Shown one piece after another: positions 1-12,212 of a stretch of DNA of 64,000 nt; positions within the stretch are counted from its first letter, which is position 1; every line of letters begins with the position of its first letter. The DNA lies in the NCBI RefSeq assembly GCF_020745735.1, contig NC_083402.1, positions 147,044,527 to 147,108,526 on the forward strand, written 5' to 3'. The stretch is from Hemiscyllium ocellatum (Eukaryota). The notes under the pieces were generated by a model. The model was given only the letters and a program-made list of their open reading frames with translations. It made no database searches and had not been told where the DNA came from. The position numbers and the translations under genes are program-made.

Positions 1-1330
1 CCTGAGTCAGCATGGTTTTGGTAGGGGTAGGTCATACCTCACAAGCCTTACTGGGTTCTTTGAGGATGTGATGAGACAAATTGATGAAGGTCGAGCAGTG
101 GATGTGGTGGAAATGGCTTTCAGTAAGGCATTTGATAAGGTTCCCCACGATAGGCTCATTCAGAAGGTTAGGCGATATGGGACAAAGGAAAATTTAGCTG
201 TCTGGATCCAGAATTGGCTGTCTGAAAGAAGACAGCAAGTAATAGTTAATGGAAAATATTCTGCCTGGAGGTCGGTGACCACTGATGTCCCACAGGGATC
301 TGTTCTTGGGCCTCTGCTCTTTGTAGTTTTTACAAATGACTTGAATGAAGAATTAGAAGGGTGGGTTAGTAAGTTTGCCAATGAGAAAAAGGTCAGTGAT
401 GTTGGAGGTAGTGTCAAAGGCTGTTGCAGACTACAAGACATTGACAGGATGCAGAGCTGGGCTGAGAAGTGGCAGATGGAGTTTCACCTGGAAAAGCGTG
501 AAGTGATTCATTTTGGAAGGTCAAATTTGAATGCTGAATACAGGGTTCAAGACAGGATTCTTGGCAGTGTAGAGGGACAGTGGGATCTTGACCCCTCAAA
601 GTTGCCACCCAGATTGATAGGGTTGTTAATAAGGTATAAGATGTTTTCGCTTTCATTAACAGGGGGATTGAATTTAAGAGCAACGAGTTTTTGCTGCAGC
701 TCTCCAAAACCCTGGTTAGACCACACTTGAAATATAGTGTTCAGTTCTGGTCGTCTCATTGTAGGAAGCATGTAGATGCTTTAGAGAGAGAGCCGAGGAG
801 ATTTTCAGGATGCTGCCTGGATTGGAAGGCTTGTCTTATGACGAGAGGTTGAATGAGGTAAGGCTTTTCACAATGGAGAGATGAAGGAAGAGAGGTGACT
901 TGATAGAGGTGTACGAGATAATGAAAGGCATAGATAGAGTAGATAGTCAGACACTTTTCCCCACGGCAGAAATGTTCGTCATGAGGTGGCATAATTTTAA
1001 GGTGATTGCAGAAAGGTATAGGGGGCGATGTCAGAGGTAGGTTCTTTACACAGAGAGTGCTGGGTGGGTGGAATGCACTACCAGTAGTGGTAGTAGAGTC
1101 AGAGACATTAGGGACATTAAAGCAACTCTTGGATAGGCACATGGACAGTAGTAAATTGAGGAGTGTGTAGCTTAGCTTAAAAATGTGTTGCTGGAAAAGC
1201 GCAGCAGGTTAGGCAGCATCAAAGGAGAAGGGGAATCGATGTTTCGGGCATAAGCCAGTGTGTAGCTTAGGTTGATCTTAGTTTAAGATAAATGCTTAGC
1301 ATAACATCATGAACCAAAGGGCCTGTACTG
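1..1330 (+). mobile_element. CR1-clade LINE (HER1-like), decayed ORF2 RT C-terminal half plus 3' tail
   Basis: ORF 68-730 reads AFSKAFDKVPH...VPQGSVLGPLLF...SKFAN...WAEKWQMEF; frameshifts and stops; CR1 3' tail at ~1270-1330. Confidence 0.93.
1176..1256 (-). mobile_element. Short Penelope-derived tail insert (family A) with truncated hammerhead motif
   Basis: Matches family A terminus (gcagcagg..aggcagcatc...tttcgggcataagcc); 14-bp TSD agtgtgtagcttag at 1162-1175 and 1257-1270. Confidence 0.85.
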
Positions 1331-1339
1331 ATATTGGTC

Positions 1340-3110
1340 TAAACCCTTCCTATTCATGTACCCATCCAGATGCCTTTGAAATGATGTAATTATACCAGTC
1401 TCCACCAGCTCCTCCGGCAGCTTATTCCACACGTATACCACTTTTTCTGTGAAAAAAGAATGCTCTTTATATCCCTTTCAAATATTTCCCCACTCACTTT
1501 AACCCAGTAGTCCTGTAGTTTTGGACTCTCTCCCACCCCCCCACCTCCCCCGCCCCCACCCCAGGGAAAAGACCTAATCTATTTACCCTGTCCATAATTT
1601 TATAAATCTCTATCAGGTCACCCCTCAGCCTCCCGTGCACCAGGGACTTCTAGATTTTCTTTCACAAGAGTAAACATCCTTTCCACATCCTCCCTGTCAA
1701 GAACCTTCAGAATTGTATAGGTTTTAATCCTTATAGCATACAAATATAGCCTGCACAATCTTTCCTCATCAGACAACCCACCTAATTCAGGCATTAGTCC
1801 AGAGATCTTTCTCAGGCTGCTTCCTAAACATATACATCCTACCTGAAATAAGGAGTCTAATAGTGTACTCAGCACTTCAGATGCGATCTCACTATTGCCC
1901 TGTATGACTGAAGCATCCCGTCCCTAAATTTGTATTCCATTCCCCTTTGCAATAATAAAATAAGTTTAGCTTTCTGAATAACCTGCTGTATCCGTATATG
2001 AATCCTTTTCAATTCATTCATCGAAACATCCCGATACCTCCCCAACTCAGAGCTCTGCAATCTCTCACCATTTAGATAATATGCTTCATTTTTATTCTTT
2101 TTGCTAAAATGGGTAATTTCAAATTTTCCTACTAGTTCTTTGCTCACTTATTTAGTTTATTTAGAGACTCAAACATAGAAAATAGGAGTTGGAGTAGGAC
2201 ATTTCAAGCTTTTGGGCCTGTTTCACATTCAACAAGTTCACAACTGAACATCAAAATCAATCCCCTGTTCCAGCTTTCACTCCATACCCTTTGATCCCTT
2301 TTATCCCTTTATATAGATCTCCTTCTAGAAAATAATCAATGTTTTAGCATCAACTGCTTTCTGTGACAGAGACTTCCATGGACTCATCATTCTCCGGATA
2401 AAGAAATTTCTTCCCATGTCAGTCCCAATGACATAGTCCTGTACACTTAAACTGTACTCCCTGCCTCTGGACTCCTAGGTGATCAGGAATATCGTTGCTG
2501 ACCTAATCTAGGCCTGTTAGAATGTTTTGGTTTCTGTGAGGGATCCCACTCTCATTCTAAATTGCATTAAATATAGTCCTGACTGATCCCATCTGTCTTT
2601 ATACATCAGTCCTGTCGTTCAGGAATCAGTCTGATGAACCTTTGTTGCTCCCTCTGTAGCCAGAACATCCTTTCTCAGATAAGGAGACTACAACTGCATT
2701 CAATACTCCGGTGTGGTCTCACAAAGACCTTATATAATTGCAGCAAGACATCCCTACTCCTGGACTCCAATCCTCTCATTATGAAGGCTAACATACCATT
2801 TGCCTGTTGCACCTGCGATACTTATGTTCAGCGACTGTGTACAAGAACATTCTGATCTCGTTGCACCTTGACCTTTCCAAATCAGTCACTGTTGAGATTG
2901 ACAGTCTGCCTTCCTGTTTTTGCCGCCAAAATGAATATTTATCGAGGTTGTACTTCAAATGCCAAGCATTTGCTCACTCACTCAACTTGTCCAAACCACA
3001 ATGAAACATCTCTGCATCCTCTACAGCTCACCCTCCCACTCAACTTTCTATCATCTGCAAACTTGGAGATATTACATTTAGTTCCCTCATCTAAATATTT
3101 AATATATATT
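1340..3110 (-). mobile_element. Cluster of decayed CR1 LINE 3' fragments
   Basis: Minus-strand ORF remnants (MPELGGLSDEERL, YYLNGERLQ, SYRAIVRSHL) and CR1 3'UTR-like tails. Confidence 0.8.
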
Positions 3111-4797
3111 ATTTGATATATGCACATCTGGCCCACCAAAATGTTAATTTGTCTCTGATTGAGACATAGTCTTGCCTGCTGATTTTAAAAGGGCAGTTCA
3201 CTGTGACAATGTATCAAAATTAAAATGCTGGGTTAATGCTGTTGCAAGTTTAACTTTGGCACTAAATTAATATTATGTTAACAATACTTAAAATAGATAT
3301 GAACTGGGACCAATGCACTGTCATGAATCTTCCACCTCTCAGAAAAAGGCTTGGCTGGTTGCTTTATGTTGCTCACGAATGAGTAAAGCCATCAGTTTAA
3401 GACAATGGTGTTGATTGCCTACACAAGGAAGACAAAGGCCACATAATGACAGTTATCAGCTGTTGTAATTGCTGTAGTGATATATTGTGTGAGAAGAAAG
3501 TCAATGGATGTTTAAGGAATATAAATGCTGAAGTGAATGATGAATGGATCACATCAAGAAAGTGCCTACCATAACAGAGAAGGAGCAATACATGTAACAC
3601 ATTAACACATTAAGACTATTTTTGTAGGATCACATTGGATGAAAAATTCTAAACAAAAAAGTTTGCAAAAAGAACATCTTGGGAGAAAATTACAATGCTT
3701 AAAATATTAAAAATGTTTTAAATTAATTTAAATGTAATAATAGATACAAATTTATAATGTCTTTAATTAGCAAATGAAAATTTGTTTTACAGGTTAAGAG
3801 GTCACCAACTGAATTACTAACTCTGTTCATGCTCCACAGTTGCTGTCAAATGTGTGAAATATTTTCAGCATTTTCTAATTTTTATTTCAGGTTTCCAGCA
3901 ACTGTTATATTTTGCTTTTTGTACCCGCTGCTTCACAGATGAGTTTTGAGGAAATTAATACATTCTAATAAAATAATTTAATGTGATTCTCACCTTGCTT
4001 TTCACAGTCCCCATTGGGCAAGTCCTGTTGGTCAAATTAAGCTTTGTATTTTCTCTCTCTCAGTAAAAGCATTCAATAAAGGCAAAGTTTCTTCTGCCAG
4101 CAAAAGATGTCACAAAAATAGTCCTGATAAAACAGACCATCCAGCCATTCTTAACTAATTTATCTAGAAATACAAACCTCCACTACAAATCCCAGCAATT
4201 TCTTAAATGTTTCTAGGGTTCATGTACCTTCTCTGGAAATTCATTCCACGTGTTAGACAGACAATATAGTAATCCATACCAACTCCTGCAAATCTGGTGC
4301 ATCAAGCATCAGAGTGGAAGTTTTTTTTTGCAATCTGTGAAGGTGATTTGATGTAACCAAGTAAAAAGTGTGGGGAAAATAACAATAAAAGGGGGGAATA
4401 AAAAAATGGGTATTTATCAACTAATAGGAACTTTACTGGGTATAAAAACTGTAATATTTACTGGCATGATCAGGGTACTTTAGTTCTAGTGAAACATGTT
4501 CCACAATAAGGAATTACTTTCGGGCAGTTTATTTTATGCAGTACTAAAAGAGACAGCGTTAATGGTATTCTGCATCTGTAATTTGGTAAAACCAGCAATT
4601 TAAGCATCCACTTCAAAATGAGATGTGCGAGAACGACGTTAAAATAAACAGAGATCTTAAAACTAATAGAATGTATTCAATTTAATATGTTCCTTTACCT
4701 ATTAATCATTTACCAGAAGCAACTTATTATTTTACAAAGGAGCAACCATCGTAGAAGACAACAAAAGGATTCGGTAATACACAGATTCAATGCTTAC

Positions 4798-4888
4798 CTA
4801 AGACTACAGCGAGAATTGTGCCCATGAGCAACCAGTTCCTCCTCAACACCGCTCTAAAATCACATCTTTTTAAGGAATTCTTCCCCAT
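4798..4888 (-). CDS. slc1a1: Excitatory amino acid transporter 3 (EAAT3/EAAC1), first coding exon
   Basis: Manual translation MGKNSLKRCDFRAVLRRNWLLMGTILAVVL-G vs human SLC1A1 [31 protein letters not shown]; 91 nt ending in phase-1 donor G|GTAAG (cttac at 4793-4797); Kozak-like aacATGG; too short for the ORF track. Confidence 0.9.
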
Positions 4889-5300
4889 GTTTGTTTGTTG
4901 GTTTAAATTCAAAGAAACAGATTAAAAATACATGTGTGCATGCACACACACACACACATTCACACACATAAACACCAAACACAGTGCTGAAGTCAGTGCG
5001 AAATGCTGCTGCCTTCACTTCACTGCACTGGGTTCCGTCACTGCAGACAAATCCATACTCGAGCAGCTACATGCACTCAGTTGTAACTAAGTACCACCCC
5101 TTCTGAATGCAGTGAGAGCAACCGAACAATGGCTACCGTTAAAACATAGAACAATTTTTATTTCAAAACAAATGGACAGTCCATCGTTTAACCATGCATT
5201 CAGCACACAGTGAAGATTCTGCTCTGATAGAATCCAGTCTTCAATCACTGCCATAAAAATTCTCATGTAAATTTCATTGTAAATCATAAAATTAAAATTA
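4889..5300 (-). promoter_or_regulatory. Probable slc1a1 5'UTR/proximal promoter including a (CA)n tract at ~4932-4970
   Basis: TE-free unique sequence immediately upstream of the ATG; TSS cannot be placed from sequence. Confidence 0.45.
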
Positions 5301-6982
5301 TTTATATTAAATGAAAAAGGGTCCTTTTAAAAGGAAAATGTGATTTATTTCCTTACTATAATGTATTTGTTTAAAAAAAAGTAAGCTGTTTATGGACCCA
5401 ACATAACATTTTTGTGAATTATCAATGTTGAGAAAATTTTATGAAATATATTTGAAATAAGAGTGAAAATGATCTCAAGCCTGTTTAAATAAATACAGCA
5501 CTGTACAGTGAAGTTGATTGCGTATTTCAGCTAAAATGTGGGAATCTCTCTCAGAATCAACTTTAAACCTCGAGTTTGTTTTTATTCAAAATTATATTGT
5601 TTTGTCCCTCTCATGCCAAAGGCAAAATTTCCATTAAATCATTATTGTGAATTACAGTTTATGTGTGAGGGTGTGACATATCAAAGATTGACCCACCTAG
5701 CCTTAACGAAAGCTTTCTGAGAGAACGACTAATTTTGAAAATGTTACTTTTTATTAAATGTCAGTAGGTTTCAAAATAGCAATGAATTTCATTTCTAAAG
5801 CACCCAAGCTCATAGCATTTAGCCATCTATCACAGAAGCAAGCATCAGAAAGTGGTTCAACAAAGAAAAGTTACTTGGTATAATGATAAACATCGAACAG
5901 ATATTACAGTGGTAAAGATCTTGCCTTCTTATCAGAAGCTGAAACATTCTAAATTACCGGACTGGCAGTCAATGCCCTTCTTTGCTTCAGTTGGACAGTT
6001 CTCAGTCTGGTTTTGAGATTATAGGGAAGTACTACTGGAAATATTAATGGTACATAACAATAGAATGCATCACTAATGCAAAAAACAGCAGCCATGTTCA
6101 GAGATACTGGAGTGACATTCAGCTGTCAAAAGAAGGTAAATGTGGGTCTGTGCAAGGCATTAAATCTCTTAGAGGTGATACGTGCTTCGGATCCCAACAT
6201 TGTCTTGGTTTCATCTATACTAACTGCTGTGTACATACCACCTCAGGCAAAGGTTGAGGAAGCTCTGGATGTGCTGTACTCCACCACTAACACCCTGGAG
6301 ACAGAACTCCCCGAGGCCCTGTTTATTGTAACTGGCGATTTCAATCAAGCCAATCTAAGGAAGATATTGCCCAAGTACCATGGAATATTATCTGCCCCAC
6401 CAGGGGCCTGAACATTTTAGACTACTGATACACCACTGTGAAAGATGCCTACCACTCCATCGCCTCATTTTGGGAACTCCGACCACAATGCCGTGTTCTT
6501 TCTCCCGGCTTACAGAGAAAAGCTCAGGCAGGAGACCCCCTCGTGGATACAGGTCCAGTGCTGGTTGAAGGAGGTAGAGGATCAACTCCGGTGCTGTCTG
6601 GAATCGGCTGATTGGGTCGTGTTCAAACAGGCCGCAGGTACCTTGGACGAGTACGCCACCACCGTCACAGACTTTATCAGCAAGTGTGTGGAGGACTGCA
6701 CACCGAGGAAGTCAATCCGGGTGTTCCCCAGCAGGAAACCCTGGATGGATCAGGACATACAGAACCTGCTAAAAACCAGGCGTGAGGCCTTCAGATCAGG
6801 AGACCCACTCAAATATAAGGAATCAAAGTATGATCCTCGCAGAGCCATTAAGACAGCCAAGGACCAATACCGATCCAAACTAGAGACCCCGACAGACACC
6901 CGGCGACTATGGCAAGGACTGAATGACATCACAGGTTCAAAACAGAAACAGTGCAATTTGGCGAACCTATCCCAACACCATG

Positions 6983-7260
6983 GATGGCATGGTGGCTCAG
7001 TGGTTAGCACTGCTGCCTCAAACCACCAGGGTCCCAGGTTCAACGCTAGCCTTGGGTGACTATCTGTGTGGAGCTTTGCATATTTTCTCCGAGTCTGTGT
7101 GGGTTTCCTCCCACAGTCCAAAGATGTGTAGGTCAGGTAAATTGTTCATAGTGTTAGGTGTGTTAGTCAGAGGGAAATGGGTCTGGGTGGGTTACTCTTC
7201 AGATGGTTGGTGTGGACTTGTTGGCCCGAAGGGCCTGTTTCCATACTGTAGGGAATCTTA
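6983..7260 (+). mobile_element. HE1-like tRNA-derived V-SINE
   Basis: tRNA head tggctcagtggttagcact, V-domain tgtggagctttgca...cccacagtccaaagatgtg, CR1-shared tail ggcccgaagggcctgtttcc. Confidence 0.88.
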
Positions 7261-7570
7261 AAAAAACAGTCACTGCATCAGAGGTCAGATCAGTTTTCCT
7301 TCATATGAATCCAAGGAAAACGATGGTACCAGGCTGTGCACTCAGAGTATGTGCATGTCAACTGGCAGAGGTCTTCTTGGACATCTTTAACCTCTCCCTG
7401 CAACAGGCCATTGTCCCTGTCTGTTCCAAGAAGCCAACATCACCGCTGTGCCCAAGAAAGCTCATGCAGCATGTCTCAATGACTACCACCCAGTGGCCCT
7501 AACTTCGGTGGTCATGAAGTGATTTGAAAGGCTGGTCATGGCATTAATCAACACCAGCCTCTCCACTACT

Positions 7571-7884
7571 GTGGGCGGCACGGTGGCACAGTGGTTAGCA
7601 CTGCTGCCTCACAGCGCCTGAAGACCCGGGTTCAATTCCCGACTCAGGCGACTGACTGTGTGGAGTTTGCACGTTCTCCCCGTGTCTGCGTGGGTTTCCT
7701 CCTGGTGCTCCGGTTTCCTCCCACAGTCCAAAGATGTGCGGGTCAGGTGAATTGGCCATGCTAAATTGCCCGTAGTGTTAGGTAAGGGGTAATGTAGGGG
7801 TATGGGTGGGTTTCGCTTCGGCGGGTCGGTGTGGACTTGTTGGGCCGAAGGGCCTGTTTCCACACTGTAAGTCTAATCTAATCT
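7571..7884 (+). mobile_element. HE1-like V-SINE, young copy
   Basis: A box tggcacagtgg, B box ggttcaattcc, intact V-domain, (tctaa)n tail. Confidence 0.93.
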
Positions 7885-8746
7885 ACTCTTGACCCACTCC
7901 AATTTGCCAATTGGACCAATGGATCCACATCAGATGCTATAGAACTTGCCCTCCATTCCTCCCGAGAACATCTTGGCACCTACTCATTGACTACAGTTCA
8001 GCCTTCAACATTATTATCCCCTCGAGACTGACCACTAAACTTAGCGATCTTGGACTCAGGCCCACGATCTGCAAATGGATCCTCAGTTTCCTGACCAACA
8101 GGCCACAATCAGTGAAGATTGGGGACAATATTTCAATATCACTAACACTCAACACTGGAACCCCCAAGGGGTCCATATTCAGCCCCATACTGTACTCGCT
8201 GTATGCCCATGACTGCATCACCAAATACCAGACTAATGCCATTTACAAGTTCGCTGATGACACCACCATAGTCAGTCGACTCTTAGATGGTGAAGAAACA
8301 GACTACAGGTAGGAGATGGAAGTTCTGGAAAAATGTTGTGCGGAGAACAACATAACTCTCAATGTCGGCAAAACCAAGGCACTCATTATTGACTTTCAGC
8401 GGGATGTTACTCGTGCCCCCCTACACATTAACAGCACAGAGGTGGAACGAGTGGAGAGTTTCATGCTCCTTGGAGTGGTCATCCACAACAAGTTTTCTTA
8501 GACTCTTCATGTGGACATACTGGTTACAAAGGCCCAACAACGTCTCTTTTTCCTTAGGCAGCTGAGGAAATTTGGCATGATGGTGAATACCCGTGCCAAC
8601 ATTTATAGGTGCACCATCGAGAGCATTCTGTCTGGATGTATCACTACCTGGTGTAAAAAATGAGGTCTGCAGATGCTGGAGATCACAGTTGAAAATGTGT
8701 TGCTGGTTAAAGCACAGCAGGTCAGGCAGCATCCAAGGAATAGGAA

Positions 8747-8782
8747 ATTCAACGTTTCGGGCATAAGCGCTTCATCAGGAAT
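8747..8782 (-). ncRNA. Minimal type-I hammerhead ribozyme motif (one stem II mismatch)
   Basis: Minus strand attc CTGATGA A gcgc ttat gccc GAAA CGTT gaat. Confidence 0.65.
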
Positions 8783-9207
8783 GAGGAGAGGGTGCCAGGC
8801 AGGCTAAGATAAAAGGTAGGGAGGAGGGACTTGGGGGACGGGCGATGGAGATGTGATAGGTGGAAGGAGGTCAAGGTGAGGGTGATAGGCCGGAGTGGGG
8901 TGGGGGCGGAGAGGTTAGGAAGAAGATTGCAGGTTAGGAGGGCGGTGCTGAGTTGAGGGAACCGACTGAGACAAGGTGGGGCGAGGGGAAATGAGGAAAC
9001 TGGAGAAATCTGAGTTCATCCCTTGTGGTTGGAGGGTTCCCAGGCGGAAGATGAGGCGTTCTTCCTCCAACCGTCGTGTTGTTATGTTTTGCCAGTGGAG
9101 GAGTCCAATGACCTGCATGTCCTCGGTGGAGTGGGAGGGAGAGTTAAAGTTGCAAATGTGTTGCTGGTCAAAGCACAGCAGGCCAGGCAGCATCTCAGGA
9201 ATAGAGA

Positions 9208-9243
9208 ATTCGACGTTTCGAGCATAAGCCCTTCATCAGGAAT
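9208..9243 (-). ncRNA. Minimal type-I hammerhead ribozyme motif in nested insert 9151-9248
   Basis: Minus strand attc CTGATGA A gggc ttat gctc GAAA CGTC gaat. Confidence 0.8.
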
Positions 9244-9672
9244 GAGGAGAGGGAGAGTTAAAGTGTTGAGCCACGGGGTGGTTGGGTTGGTTGGTCCGGG
9301 CGACACTTTAACTCTCCCTCCCACTCCACCGAGGACATGCAGGTCCTTGGACTCCTCCACCGGCAAAACATAACAACATGACGGTTGGAGGAAGAACGCC
9401 TCATCTTCAGCCTGGGAACCCTCCAACCACAAGGGATGAACTCAGATTTCTCCAGTTTCCTCATTTCCCCTCCCCCCACCTTGTCTCAGTCGGTTCCCTC
9501 AACTCAGCACCGCCCTCCTAACCTGCAATCTTCTTCCTAACCTCTCCGCCCCCACCCCACTCCGGCCTATCACCCTCACCTTGACCTCCTTCCACCTATC
9601 ACATCTCCATCGCCCGTCCCCCAAGTCCCTCCTCCCTACCTTTTATCTTAGCCTGCCTGGCACCCTCTCCTC

Positions 9673-9708
9673 ATTCCTGATGAAGGGCTTATGCCCGAAA
9701 CGTCGAAT
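9673..9708 (+). ncRNA. Minimal type-I hammerhead ribozyme motif, intact
   Basis: attc CTGATGA A GGGC ttat GCCC GAAA CGTC gaat: core boxes, 4-bp stem II, palindromic ACGT helix III, GUC site, helix I attc/gaat. Confidence 0.85.
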
Positions 9709-9904
9709 TTCCTATTCCTTGGATGCTGCCTGACCTGCTGTGCTTTCACTACCTGGTGTGGCAACTATACCATTCAATATCGGAGACGATTACAGAGAGT
9801 GGTGAACTCAGCCCAAACAATCACAAAGGCCAACCTCCCATCTATAGAATCCATCTACCAGGCCCACTGTCAAGGAAAGGCTGCCAGCATTCTCAAAGAT
9901 TCAT

Positions 9905-10222
9905 CCGGCAACATGGTGGCTCAGTGGTTAGCACTGCTGCCTCACAGTGCCAGGGTCCTGGGCTCAATTCCCACCTGTCTGTGTGGAGTTTGCACATTCT
10001 CCCTGTGTTTGCATGGGTTTCCTCTGGGTGCTCTGGTTTCCTCCAACAATCCAAAGATGTGCAGGTCAGGTAAAATGGCCATGCTAAATTGCCCACAGAG
10101 TTAGGTACGTTAGTCAGAGGTAAATATAGGGGAATGGGTTTGGGTAGGTTTCTCTTCGGAGGGGCAGTGTGGACTTGTTGGACTGAAAGGCCTGTTTCCA
10201 CACTGTAGAGAATCTAATCTAA
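9905..10222 (+). mobile_element. HE1-like V-SINE
   Basis: tRNA head, V-domain, (aatct)n tail. Confidence 0.88.
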
Positions 10223-10865
10223 TCATCCCACCCTGGCAATGTTTTCCTAAATCCATTACATCGGGGAGAAGGTACAGAAACCTGAACACATATACCAGCT
10301 GGTTTTGCAATAGTTTCTACCCAACTGTCATTAGACTACTGAATGGACTCACAAACTCTTAACATTCATTTGTACCTGTGTTTTTGTTTTTGCTGCTCTT
10401 TACCTATTATTTGCAATCTATGCTACTTAACTCTGTGATCTGCCTGTATTGCTCGCAAGACAAAACTTTTCACTGTGCCTCCGCACACGTGACAATCAAT
10501 TCAACTCATCTGGTGTTGCAGCCAAGCAGGGACCTCCCTTAGACATTCTGAGATCTGGTCAATGTTGTCCAATGGATTCAGAGTCAAGAAGGAGGAAATA
10601 TATCTTTCTCTATCAACTTGTTCAGAGGTGTTAGTACACTTTTCTGAGGCAGGTCAGACTTGAAATTAACCCTCCTGGCTCAGTGATAGACACTGCCACT
10701 GCACCACAAGGTCCCATCCATGGAGCTGTTGGGTAAGTCATTAAATTATTTAAATAGGTCTTTAACTCCGAGGTAACCATACTGTCTTTAACAACCAGTG
10801 CACCTACATTCTGAACTTGTAGCAAATCACCATGGTCAAGTGAGCAAATGTGTAGAAAGAAGTAT

Positions 10866-11165
10866 TAGATTAGACTTACAGTGTGGAAACAGGCCCTTTG
10901 GCCCAACAAGTCCACACCGACCCGCCGAAGCGAAACCCACCCATACCCCTACATTTACCCCTACCTAACACTACGGGCAATTTAGCATGGCCAATTCACC
11001 TGACCCGCACATCTTTGGACTGTGGGAGGAAACCGGAGCACCCAGAGGAAACCCACGCAGACACGGGGAGAACGTGCAAACTCCACACAGTCAGTCGCCT
11101 GAGTTGGGAATTGAACCCGGGTCTCAGGCGCTGTGAGGCAGCAGTGCTAACCACTGTGCCACCCA
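10866..11165 (-). mobile_element. HE1-like V-SINE, young copy, near-identical to 7571-7884 in opposite orientation
   Basis: Reverse complement of head, V-domain and tail. Confidence 0.92.
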
Positions 11166-11229
11166 CGAAGAAGTACTTCTTCAGTGGAACGGAAACAAAT
11201 GTATAATTTGTAAAAGGGATATTAAACAG

Positions 11230-11560
11230 TGAGGAGGCAATGGTCTGGTTGTATTCTTGTGAGAATATTATTACAGAGGCTTAATTTTGTTGAAATGAAA
11301 TTTGAATCCTGCCACAACAGATGGTGGCATTTCAATTCAATCATATATTGACAAATCAGGAATCTGAAGATGACCTGGAAACCATTGCTGTTTCTCAGAA
11401 AAATCTATCTGGTTCGTTAATGTTGTTTAGGAAAGAGCTTTCCCATCCTTTGTTGATCTTGACCAATGTGTGATTCCAGACCCACAACAATGTGGTAGGG
11501 ATGGGCAATGAATGCTGACCAAACCATTGATGCCCACATCCCGTGAACTATTTTTTCAAA
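11230..11560 (+). mobile_element. Second, older tRNA-derived SINE family (related pieces at ~44720-44900/47240-47430 and ~50585-51030)
   Basis: Recurrent motif ttgaatcc..ca..gcagatggtggaatttgaattcaat and tail gggatgggcaat.aatgctg.cc..gcca.tgatgcccacatccc shared with the LINE ending at ~23460. Confidence 0.6.
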
Positions 11561-12180
11561 AATGAGGTGAGGACCTGAAGGCAAGCAGCCATCATAACTA
11601 AATAGAAAAAATTAAGTACTGAATTAAAACTGGCACCTCATTTTTAAATATGCCTGATCTATACCTGACATGCCCTCCTGCACTCTTCATTCAACTAAGA
11701 TTAGTTCTGTGGCTCAAAAGCAATGAGAGACGGGGTCATGTTAGGCTACAAACCTGGAATGAGTTGAACTCGGCTGCTGTTGATGGCTGGTAGCGCATCA
11801 TAGAAGCCCAATTTCAACATGCTAGATCTGAATCTAGCCCATTTAGAATGCTGACTGTGATAGACAACATGATGGAGGGTATATTCAGTGTAAAACTGGG
11901 ACGTTGTTTTCACAAGGACTATGCATGGTCACTCTTACCAAAACTGTCATGGTTCTATTGTGACAGGCAGACTGGTGAAGGTTACATTGTGGTTGTGCTG
12001 GCACTATCACTGCCTGCCTCAGGCCCAGCTTGTCCTCCAGCACTCAGTCCAATCTTCATCAGTGGTACTAGACTTGATAATACACATTTATGACCTCCTC
12101 TCCCCACCAAGAGTATATTCTTTATTCTTGTCACCATTAGTGCATCCTCCATGTGATGTTAATATGGAGGATTAATATTT
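11560..12180 (-). mobile_element. Decayed non-LTR retrotransposon fragment (CR1/L2 group)
   Basis: Resembles the internal region of the LINE family at 21950-23460 and 51770-52472; heavily mutated. Confidence 0.4.
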
Positions 12181-12212
12181 ACCACCCATAACTTTCCGTT
12201 AGCTGATTAATC

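Larger units (their letters stand above)
8655..9745. mobile_element. Penelope-like element (GIY-YIG 3' end + pLTR) arranged as a ~440-bp inverted repeat, with a nested insert
   Basis: Arms ~8710-9150 and ~9305-9745 are near-identical reverse complements; encode FNSPSH...RRLEEERLIFRLGTLQPQGMN; 14-bp TSD tcactacctggtgt at 8641-8654 and 9746-9759. Confidence 0.92.
6211..10510 (+). mobile_element. Rex1/Babar-clade LINE (APE + RT), decayed and interrupted by four younger insertions
   Basis: TAVYIPPQA..GDFNQANL, SDHNAVF (APE); DYSSAFNIIIP..KFADDTTIV (RT); Rex1-type 3' end cacgtgacaatcaattcaa at ~10486-10505. Confidence 0.9.

Noticed and set aside
7609-11206. Recurrent METGP..RTSLDCGRKPEH ORFs (7609, 9893, 10883, 44994, 62302)
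   Set aside because: Antisense translations of the V-SINE, not genes
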